Shown: positions 6,493 to 14,400 of the stretch, piece by piece
How the letters are laid out: every line of letters begins with the position of its first letter
Position numbering within the stretch: the first letter of the stretch is position 1
NCBI GenBank assembly: GCA_039933435.1
Contig: JBDTOB010000001.1
Span: 1-41,624 of the forward strand
Length of the DNA: 41,624 nucleotides
Source of the DNA: Acidobacteriota bacterium
GTDB taxonomy: Bacteria; Acidobacteriota; Vicinamibacteria; Vicinamibacterales; 2-12-FULL-66-21
Direction: 5' to 3'
Notes under the pieces: model-generated
What the model was told of the DNA's origin: nothing
The model's database searches: none
Seen by the model: only the letters and a program-made list of their open reading frames with translations
Position numbers and translations under genes: made by a program

Positions 6493-9333
6493 ATGACGCC
6501 TTCTATCCGCTCTACCAGCCGCGTAGCCCTGCTCGCCTTCACGGTGGCCGTACCCGGGCTGGCAGAGGCGCAGGTGACCATCTCGTCCCCGGCCTCCAGC
6601 GCCGTACTTTCCGCAGGGCCTGACTTCGCCACCGACGTGCTCGGCGATCCGTGGGACATGTCGAACGCGGCCGACATCGCCGTCGATCCGGCCCAGAAAA
6701 AAGGCTGGGTGAGTCTGGCGTTCGCGGGGGGTCGGGTCGGTGGCACGCTCGCGGCGGTGAACGGTGCCGTCAACGGCAGCCACATCAATTTTCTCGAGCG
6801 CGCTTACTGGGGCATCATCAATCCGGGCCGGACCGGGGCGCGTTTTCCGATCGCGAGCGGCGTCTACACCAAGCTCACCTTTAAAATGAGCTCCACTGGC
6901 GACAACACCCAGCAGGCGCGTGTGTATTGGTTTCACAATGATCTGGGGGATCCGGCCGGGGACGCGTCAGGGGTCCGATATGTGAATGCCACGCCCAGCG
7001 CAGCCGTCCCCAACGGCGACAACATCTTCGAGGTCGATTTGACATCGTCTCTCCTTGCCGGCCAGCCATGGACCGCAGGGAACGTACGCGGATTCGCCAT
7101 CTATCCCAACAGCAGTGCGGTCGGCTACGACGTGCAGTTCGACTGGGTGAGGCTGACGACCGGCAACGGGCACCCGGCCAGTCCAATGCAGACGATTGCC
7201 TGGTCGGGCGGTACCGGCACGTCGAACCTCGACGTGATCGACAGCGGCGGCGCGGTCCTGCGCATCGCGACGGGCGTCACCTCTCCCTTCGCCTGGAATT
7301 ACGGCGGCCTGCCACCCGGCGCCTACACGCTGCGAATCACCCCGGCCGGAGGCGCCAGCGGGACGGTCGCTTTCCGCATCAATACGCCGCCGGTGCTGAG
7401 CGTCCTCGACCCGGACGCCTCCGGCGGTGAAGACTTCGCGACCACAGTGCTCGGCAACCCGTGGGACATGAACGACACTGCGGACTTCCGCTTCGACAAC
7501 GGCGCCACCATCGTCGACCACCTCACCTCGCGAGGCGTGAGCGGCGGCTTCTTCAACGGCATCAGCGACGGCGTCGCCACCGCGACCAGCCAGGACGGCA
7601 TCCCGGTCGGGGACCCCCAGGTATATCTGCTGTCCAACAACGGCGTCATCAACACCTCGCGCTACCGCTACCTGACGTTCGGGCTCCAGGTCGACGGCCC
7701 CTTCGACCTGCTGCGGGGGTCGGTCGCCCGAGTCTTCTGGGGATCCGCCACCGGCCCAGGCGCTCCCTATAATCTGACCGTCTCGAAGGACATCATCACC
7801 TGGGCGGGCCAGAATACCTACACGATCGATCTCGCCTCGCTCTCCGCGGCGCCGAACGGCGGACTCGAGGACGTCGGCTCGGCGGCGCCGTGGACCAGCG
7901 CCGCCGTCCGCCACTTCCGCATCGATCCGCACGAGTTTGCCGAGAACCATGGTTTTCACCTCGATTTCGTCAAGCTCGCGGCGATGGATGAAACCGCGGC
8001 GGGCAGCTTCACGATCCGGTTCGCGGCGTCCGATCCGGACAGCGATCCCCTGTCGCTGTCGCTCTACTACGACACCGACACCAATGCCGCGAATGGACGC
8101 ACGCTGATTGCCTCCGGGGTGGCGGCGGTCAGCGGCCAGTATTCCTGGAACACGGCAGGGGTCGCGCCCGGGGTCTACTACGTCTACGCCGAGGCGTCGG
8201 ACGGACGCAATGCCGTCGGCGTCTATTCGACCGGGCCGGTGCGAGTCACCGCTTACACCCCGCCGTCGGACCCGCTGATGAGTCTCGACTCGCCGCAGCC
8301 AAACGCGACGGTCGGCGGGTCGTTCCCGGTGGCGGGATGGGCCTTCGATCGGGCCGCCGTCTCGGGGACCGGCGTCGACTACGTACACGTCTACGCCTAT
8401 CCCAATCCGGGATCGGGACAGGCCCCGGTGTTCCTCGGCGCCGCGGCCTACGGGCAGGCGCGCGGCGACGTCGGGAACGCGTTCGGTTCGCGGTTTACCA
8501 ACACCGGATACAGCCTCCAAGTCAGCGGCCTCGCCCAAGGTCCCTACTACCTGGCGGTCTACGCGCACAGTACCGTCTCGGGCAACTACCAACTGCGAAC
8601 CGCCTCGCTGACGGTCGTCGGGCCGCTGATGTCAATCGACTACCCGGCGGCCGGAACGGCGAGCGCCCAGCCGCTGACGATCTCCGGTTGGGCACTCGAT
8701 GCCGCCGCGCCGTCTGGAACCGGCGTCGATACACTTCACGTGTGGGCCTACCCGAACCCGGGATCCGGCCAGGCCGCGATCTTTCTCGGCGTCGCCCAGT
8801 ACGGACAGAGCCGTCCGGACGTCGGCGCGGCGTACGGATCGCGCTTCACCAACTCCGGCTACTCCTTGCAGGTTCGGGGGCTGGCGCCGCAGACCTACCA
8901 GTTCGTGGTCTTCTCCCATAGCACCGCGACGGGAACCTTCAACACCGCCCGCACTGTCACGCTGGGGGTGCAGAACGCTCCCGCGATGGCGCTGGATGCC
9001 CCTGGACCCGGAACCGGTCCGCCGTCGTTCACGATCAGCGGCTGGGCCTTGGACCTTGCCGCCTCGACCGGTACCGGCGTCGATGCCGTACACGTCTACG
9101 CCTACAACAATCCCGGATCCGGGACGGCTCCGCAGTTTCTCGGCGTGGCGCAGTACGGCGGCGCCCGCGGAGACGTCGCCGCCGCCTTCGGAAGCTCGCA
9201 GTTCAACAACTCCGGCTACAACTTGCCGGTGACCGGGCTGTCGTCGGGCACCTACGACATCGTCGTCTACTCGCACAGCCGCGTTTCCAACGCCTTCGAC
9301 AACTGGCGGATGGTGCGGATCACCGTGCCCTAG
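6493..9333 (+). CDS. Secreted multidomain protein: two ~200-aa paralogous N-terminal domains, an Ig-like segment, three C-terminal ~117-aa 'GWA' modules
   Basis: ATG at 6493 lies 9 nt after AGGA; TTG 6490 is also in frame. Signal peptide: RVALLAFTVAVPGLAEA|QV. Internal repeats are described under repeat features and findings. The stop TAG (9331-9333) lies in the CTAG target of the IS630 element. Confidence 0.85.
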   Translation: MTPSIRSTSRVALLAFTVAVPGLAEAQVTISSPASSAVLSAGPDFATDVLGDPWDMSNAADIAVDPAQKKGWVSLAFAGGRVGGTLAAVNGAVNGSHINFLERAYWGIINPGRTGARFPIASGVYTKLTFKMSSTGDNTQQARVYWFHNDLGDPAGDASGVRYVNATPSAAVPNGDNIFEVDLTSSLLAGQPWTAGNVRGFAIYPNSSAVGYDVQFDWVRLTTGNGHPASPMQTIAWSGGTGTSNLDVIDSGGAVLRIATGVTSPFAWNYGGLPPGAYTLRITPAGGASGTVAFRINTPPVLSVLDPDASGGEDFATTVLGNPWDMNDTADFRFDNGATIVDHLTSRGVSGGFFNGISDGVATATSQDGIPVGDPQVYLLSNNGVINTSRYRYLTFGLQVDGPFDLLRGSVARVFWGSATGPGAPYNLTVSKDIITWAGQNTYTIDLASLSAAPNGGLEDVGSAAPWTSAAVRHFRIDPHEFAENHGFHLDFVKLAAMDETAAGSFTIRFAASDPDSDPLSLSLYYDTDTNAANGRTLIASGVAAVSGQYSWNTAGVAPGVYYVYAEASDGRNAVGVYSTGPVRVTAYTPPSDPLMSLDSPQPNATVGGSFPVAGWAFDRAAVSGTGVDYVHVYAYPNPGSGQAPVFLGAAAYGQARGDVGNAFGSRFTNTGYSLQVSGLAQGPYYLAVYAHSTVSGNYQLRTASLTVVGPLMSIDYPAAGTASAQPLTISGWALDAAAPSGTGVDTLHVWAYPNPGSGQAAIFLGVAQYGQSRPDVGAAYGSRFTNSGYSLQVRGLAPQTYQFVVFSHSTATGTFNTARTVTLGVQNAPAMALDAPGPGTGPPSFTISGWALDLAASTGTGVDAVHVYAYNNPGSGTAPQFLGVAQYGGARGDVAAAFGSSQFNNSGYNLPVTGLSSGTYDIVVYSHSRVSNAFDNWRMVRITVP
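8272..9330 (+). repeat. Three tandem coding repeats (~351-354 nt, ~117 aa each) forming the C-terminus of the 947-aa protein
   Basis: Units start near 8272, 8623 and 8977. Shared pattern: (I/V)(S/A)GWA(L/F)D..A.SGTGVD.(V/L)HV(Y/W)AYPNPGSG.A..FLG.A.YG..R.DV..A(F/Y)GS.F.NSGY.L.V.GL..G.Y..VV(Y/F)SHS. Confidence 0.9.
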
Positions 9334-10382
9334 TGGACCGTACTCGCTGAAGTACTACCGATTCGGTGCGCCGGGTTGCGATACGCCCAGCGGATCGGCT
9401 TCGGGGCTTTGTTGTAGCGATGGATGTGGCGACGGATCTTACGAGCCAAGTCGGCGACGGAGGTAAAGATGCCGCGCGCCAAGAGGTCTCGCTCGATCTT
9501 CGAAAACCAGAGTTCAATCTGGTTGAGCCAGGACGAATAGGTCGGCGTGAAATGCAGGTGCACGTTGGGATGCGCGATCAAGAAGGTGCGAACGGCTTGC
9601 GTCTTATGGGTCGAGAGGTTGTCCGCAATCACGTGAATCTCGCGCCGCTTCGGCTGGCTGGCGACGATGTCCCCCAGAAAGTCGACAAAGGCGGCACTGG
9701 TGTGCCGCGGCACTGTCTGGCCGAGCACTTCACCCGATTGTGTGTTGAGGCCGGCGAACAACGAGAGCGTGCCATGCCGGTAGTATTCGAACCCGTGCCG
9801 TTCGGCCCGACCCGGCGACAACGGCAACACCGGATCGAGTCGGTCGAGCGCCTGAATGGCGGTTTTCTCATCCACGGCGAAGACCGCCGCGTGGTCGGGC
9901 GGATTGACGTACAGCCCGATCACGTCGGCCGCCTTGGCTTCGAAGTCCGGATCATCCGACTGCATGTAGCGTGCGAAGCGGTGAGGCTGGAGTCCCGCGC
10001 GCTGCCACGTCTTCGCGACGAGGTTGTGATGAATCCCCAGCACGCGTCCCAGCTTCCGGGCACTCCAATGCGTGCTGCCGTCAGGAGGCGGTTGCTGCGT
10101 CTTGGCCAACACGCGGGCTTCCATCTTCGGGGTCAGCACCGTCGGCGGCTGGCCGCGATAGCGCGCCTGCAGCCCGTCGAGCCCGTCCGCCACGAAGCGT
10201 CGTCGCCACCGATTGATGTAATCGCGGTAGCACGGCACCGTGGCCTCGATGGTCGCGTACGTATCCCCATTCGCCAGCATCAGCACCACACGAGCCCGTC
10301 GCGCGTCTTCCGCCCGAATCTTGAGACTTCGCCCGCGGCGCTCCAGTTCCGTTCGTTCATCGATCGTCAATGTCAGGGCCAT
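9330..10382 (-). CDS. IS630-family (Tc1/mariner-like) DDE transposase
   Basis: 350 aa. N-terminal HTH region (ARRARVVLMLANGDTYATIEA). Catalytic residues in FAVDEKTAIQAL, HVIADNLSTHK and SSWLNQIELWFSKIERD. The stop codon TAG is the reverse complement of CTA at 9330-9332, so the ORF reads through the IR into the target site. Confidence 0.9.
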   Translation of the reverse strand: MALTLTIDERTELERRGRSLKIRAEDARRARVVLMLANGDTYATIEATVPCYRDYINRWRRRFVADGLDGLQARYRGQPPTVLTPKMEARVLAKTQQPPPDGSTHWSARKLGRVLGIHHNLVAKTWQRAGLQPHRFARYMQSDDPDFEAKAADVIGLYVNPPDHAAVFAVDEKTAIQALDRLDPVLPLSPGRAERHGFEYYRHGTLSLFAGLNTQSGEVLGQTVPRHTSAAFVDFLGDIVASQPKRREIHVIADNLSTHKTQAVRTFLIAHPNVHLHFTPTYSSWLNQIELWFSKIERDLLARGIFTSVADLARKIRRHIHRYNKAPKPIRWAYRNPAHRIGSTSASTVH

Positions 10383-10426
10383 TGGGCGCCAGAGTACAGT
10401 ACTGCTTCAGTCAGTACAAGCCACTA
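9331..10426 (-). mobile_element. IS630-family insertion sequence (element ~9333-10424) flanked by a TA duplication within a CTAG target
   Basis: Ends read CTA|GTGGACCGTACTCGCTGAAG.. on the left. The reverse complement of the right end reads CTA|GTGGCTTGTACTGACTGAAG.., with 15 of the first 20 IR positions identical by hand alignment. TA is present at 9331-9332 and 10425-10426. Size is ~1.09 kb with a single DDE transposase. IS630 is known to target CTAG and duplicate TA. Confidence 0.85.
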
Positions 10427-10443
10427 GTCTCTCTAGAGTGGCG

Positions 10444-10468
10444 GGGCCGCGCCTCCCCGGCGCGGCCC
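10444..10468 (+). terminator. GC-rich hairpin, probably the original terminator of the 947-aa gene, now displaced by the IS630 insertion
   Basis: GGGCCGCGCC-tcccc-GGCGCGGCCC gives a perfect 10-bp stem and 5-nt loop, followed by tctgtctc. It begins 17 nt after the right-hand CTAG. Confidence 0.5.
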
Positions 10469-10558
10469 TCTGTCTCGCCAGCTCGACAGGCCATTCCCGC
10501 CCGGGCGGACTAGCCGCGCCGGCACATCCGTTCCCCCCACGACGGCTGATCGGCCTCT

Positions 10559-10587
10559 TTCACACCGGTGAGCGAACAGGATAGAAT
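10559..10587 (+). promoter_or_regulatory. Candidate sigma-70-type promoter for the methyltransferase and giant-gene unit
   Basis: TTCACA-N17-TAGAAT in an intergenic stretch; the -10 element ends 45 nt upstream of ATG 10633. This is a sequence match only. Confidence 0.35.
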
Positions 10588-10632
10588 CCGCCTGTCACGC
10601 GCGCAGAGCCCGGCGTTTGCTCGGAGACCCTC

Positions 10633-11358
10633 ATGTCCAAACTCACCCTTGGTGACGCCTATCGTCGATTCGTCAAGTCGCTCGAGCAGACTCATGAACA
10701 CGAGAAGGCGATGCAGGTCGCCATCGGCGGCGAGTTCGACGCCGTCGGCGTGATTGAGCGCGAAATCCTCATCCATTACGGCCTGCCCCCCGAGGGGTTC
10801 GTAATCGACGTCGGCTGCGGCTCTGGACGACTGAGCAAGCCGCTCTCGGCCTACCTCACCGGTCCGTATCTCGGGATTGACGTCGTCCCGGAACTGGTCG
10901 CGCACGCCAGGGCTCTGGCCAGCCGCCCCGACTGGACGTTCGCAGTCGCGGCCGGACTGGAGATTCCCGCCGCCGCCGACTCTGCGGACATGGTCTGCTT
11001 CTTCTCGGTCTTCACCCACCTGCTTCACGAACAGTCCTACGTCTATCTGCGTGAAGCGAAGCGCGTGCTCAAGCCGGGCGGCAGGGCGGTGTTCTCGTTT
11101 CTCGAGTTCGCACAACCCTCGCACTGGAACATTTTCGAAAGTACGGTCGCCGACCGCGGCGCCGAGCATCTCAATGTATTCATCGGCCGTGACGCCATCC
11201 AGGCGTGGGCGGCCCACCTGCAGCTGGAAGTGGTGTCGATCGTCGGCGGCGACCAGCCTCAGACTCCGCTGCGGGAACCGCTGACGATGGAGGACGGGAC
11301 CGTGCAGACGGGATCCGCAACCCTCGGGCAGTCGCTATGTGTGCTCGGGAAACCGTAG
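10633..11358 (+). CDS. Class I SAM-dependent methyltransferase
   Basis: Motif I VIDVGCGSGRLSKPL, post-I LGIDVVPELV, DMVCFFSVFTHL, LKPGGRAVFSF. Motif spacing matches the Wzt C-terminal domain. Confidence 0.85.
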   Translation: MSKLTLGDAYRRFVKSLEQTHEHEKAMQVAIGGEFDAVGVIEREILIHYGLPPEGFVIDVGCGSGRLSKPLSAYLTGPYLGIDVVPELVAHARALASRPDWTFAVAAGLEIPAAADSADMVCFFSVFTHLLHEQSYVYLREAKRVLKPGGRAVFSFLEFAQPSHWNIFESTVADRGAEHLNVFIGRDAIQAWAAHLQLEVVSIVGGDQPQTPLREPLTMEDGTVQTGSATLGQSLCVLGKP

Positions 11359-11417
11359 CCGCCCCCTCGAGCCAGTCCCCGCGACTCCTTCAGACTGGAC
11401 GTTCAGCGTAAGCAGAC

Positions 11418-14400
11418 ATGAAGACTGAGGCTTTTCAGCAGGACATCTATCAACGCTACAGCGTGCTCACGCGTCTGCTGGTCGCGGCCTTCCCGCCGCC
11501 GGCGGATGGCACTGTCGTCGACATCCTCGATATCGGCGCCGGGCCAGAGCGTCTGGCCGAACGGTTCCTGCCGCCCTATTTCCACATCACGCGGGCTGAC
11601 GTCGACACCGCGGGAGACACGGCGATCGTCCGCCTCGACCCCGGTCAACCGCTGCCCTTCGAACGCGACGCTTTTCCGGTAGTGATCGCGCTGGAGGTGC
11701 TCGAGCACGTCCCTGCCGCCGGACGGACCGCGCTCATCCACGAGTGTGCCCGGGTGGCTTCGAGCGTCGTCGTCCTCAGCTGTCCGGTGGCCTCACCGCT
11801 GACCAGCCGCGCCGAGGAAATCTTCCAGGCGCTCGCGACCCGCATCAGCGGCACCACACTGGCGTTTCTCGACGAACACAAGGCCGAGGGCCTCCCCGAC
11901 GCGGAGGCGATCCGCGCGGCACTCGAACAGCGGATGCCGCAGGTGTTCGACATCGCCAACTCCTCGTTGCCGGAGTGGCTGATTTACAACGCCATCGACC
12001 TGGCCTACGCCTGTGACTTCGGTGACGGCGAGGAGAAAGGCCGGTTCAACAGCGGCGTCAACGCCGCCGCGCCGCTGAGCGGGCGCGGGCCGCATTACCG
12101 GCGGTTTTTCGCCGGATGCGCCGACCAGTCGATGGGCGAGCGGCTGTCCGGCGCGCTGCGCGCGATTCCCTCGGACGGCGATCCCTTGGCCACCGCGGTC
12201 ACCATCGCCGAATCGCTGACCCTGTTTCGGGAGGACCTGCTCCGCAAGCATGCCGAGGGTCTGCGGCTCGCCGTCAAGGCCAAGGACCGGCACATCGACG
12301 CGCTGGACCAGGTGATCGTTCAGCTTCAGCGCGAAGGCCGGCACGATGCGAACGGGGATATCGGAGGGGACGTCGGTGGGGTTGCCGAACCCGCCGTTCC
12401 GGTGCCTCAGGCTCCCGATCGCACGTCCGTGCCGGCCAAAATGACGACGAAGCTGCGGGTGGCCAGGTCGCGCCTGCGAACGCTTCGGCTGGGCATCAGG
12501 CTGTCGAGCGACATCAAGGCGCTCGTCGCCCGCAGCCGCCTGTTCGACGCGGGGTACTACACCAACCGCTACCCGGACGTGGCCGCCAGCGGCATCGATC
12601 CGCTGGTGCACTATCTCGTGGTCGGGGGCGCGGAAGGACGCGGTCCCAACGCGATTTTCGACGACGTTTATTACGCGAGCCGCTCTCCGGACCTTCAGCC
12701 GTCTGGTCTGAACCCGCTCGTCCACTACCTGACCATCGGAGCGGCCGAGGGACGCGACCCGCATGCGCTTTTCGACTCGGCGTATTACGTCGCCTCCCAT
12801 CCGGAAGTGACGGCATCCGGGCTCACCCCGCTGGCGCACTATGTGATGCACGGCGCGGATCTTCGCTGGGATCCGAATCCGCTGTTCTGGACCGGCTTCT
12901 ATTTCGACACCTATCCGGATGTCGTCGGCTTGGGGATGAATCCGCTCGCGCATTACCTGCAGACCGGCGCTGGTGAGGGGCGGCAGCCAAGCCCCCTGTT
13001 CGACGTGCCGTTCTATCGGGCTCGAAATCCGGGGGTCGCGGCACAGGCCGATCCGTTACAGCACTACCTGGCGGCAGGCGGCGCCGAAGAACGCGACCCA
13101 CATCCGCTCTTTGACACGGCCTACTACCTCGCCCGCCATCCGGAAGTGAGGCAATCGGGTCACACCCCGCTGGCGCACTATGTGCTGCACGGCGCGCGGC
13201 TGCGATGGGACCCGACGCCGCTTTTCTGGACAGGGTTCTACGCCGACGCCTACCCGGACGTCTCTTCCTCAGGGATGAATCCGCTCGCGCACTACGTCCT
13301 CTCCGGGGCCGTGGAGGGACGTAATCCCAATCCCTTGTTCGAGGCCGCCTTTTATCGGAGCCGCAACGCCGACGTGGTTCCCCCGCACGTCGATCCGCTG
13401 CTCCATTACCTGGCGGAGGGTGCGGCGCTTGGGCGCGATCCACATCCGTTGTTCTCGACGCGCTACTACCTGTCGGCCAATCCTGACGTCGAGGCCGCGA
13501 ATCTCAACCCACTGGTTCACTATCTGCTGCACGGCGCAGGCGAAGGACGCCGCCCGAATCCGCTGTTCGATGCCGCCTATTACGGCCGCGGGCTCGACCT
13601 GCCGCCAGGTGCAAATCCGCTCGTCCACTATCTCGGCGAGGGGGCGAGGTCGGGACGGAACCCGCACCCGCTGTTCGACGCGGCTTTTTACCTGGCCAGC
13701 CACCCGGAGGCTGCGGTGGACCCGTCGGGAGCGCTGGCGCATTACCTCTCGACTGGCGCGGAGACGAAGTGGGATCCGCATCCGCTGTTTTCCAGCGAGT
13801 ACTACCTGTCGCGGAACCCGGACGTCGCCGCGGCGGGCGTCAACCCGCTAGTCCATTACGTACTGCACGGCGCCGCCGAGGGCCGCAGCCCGCACCCGTA
13901 TTTCGACGGGGCGTACTACCTGGCCTGCAATCCCGACGTCGCCCGCGACGGCGTCAACCCGTTGGTGCACTACCTGCAGACCGGCGCCGAGGAAGGCCGG
14001 AAGCCCTCCGCGCTGTTTGACACCCGCCACTACCTCGCCGAAAACCCGGACGTCGCCGCGGCGTCCGTCAATCCTCTCGCGCACTATGTCCTGCACGGAC
14101 GAGCCGAGGGGCGGACGCCGAACCGGCTCTTCGATCCGGCGTACTATCTCTCGACGAGCCGCGCCGGTGAGCCGGCCGCCTCGGACCCTCTCCGGCATTT
14201 CATCGATCATGGCGCCGCGGAAGGGCGCAACCCCTCTGCCGCTTTCGACACCTCCTTTTATCTTCGCCAGAATCCCGACGTCGCGGCCGCCGGCCTGAAT
14301 GCACTGGCGCATTACCTGGACCACGGCGAGGAGGAAGGGCGCCGGGCGGCGCCGTCGGCGGCCGGCGTGGCGGCCGAGCTTTCCGGGCGCTTCGTGCCGC

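Noticed and set aside
6967-8592. 541-aa minus-strand ORF antisense to the 947-aa secreted protein gene
   Set aside because: The composition is Arg/Gly/Asp-rich and low-complexity with no recognisable motifs. The opposite strand encodes a protein with a signal peptide and conserved internal repeats. This is a typical shadow ORF in GC-rich DNA.
8272-9330. C-terminal triple modules considered as variable regions of a diversity-generating retroelement
   Set aside because: There is no reverse transcriptase or non-coding template repeat in the window. Differences between copies are not visibly confined to adenine-templated positions.
9366-10427. 353-aa plus-strand ORF across the IS630 element
   Set aside because: It is antisense to the clearly recognisable IS630-family transposase and has no motifs.
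12543-14346. Regular ~114-bp periodicity considered as a possible CRISPR array or non-coding satellite
   Set aside because: The period is a multiple of 3, and the units are contiguous with no unique spacers. They translate in frame into a conserved peptide repeat within a 7.4-kb ORF. No cas genes are present.
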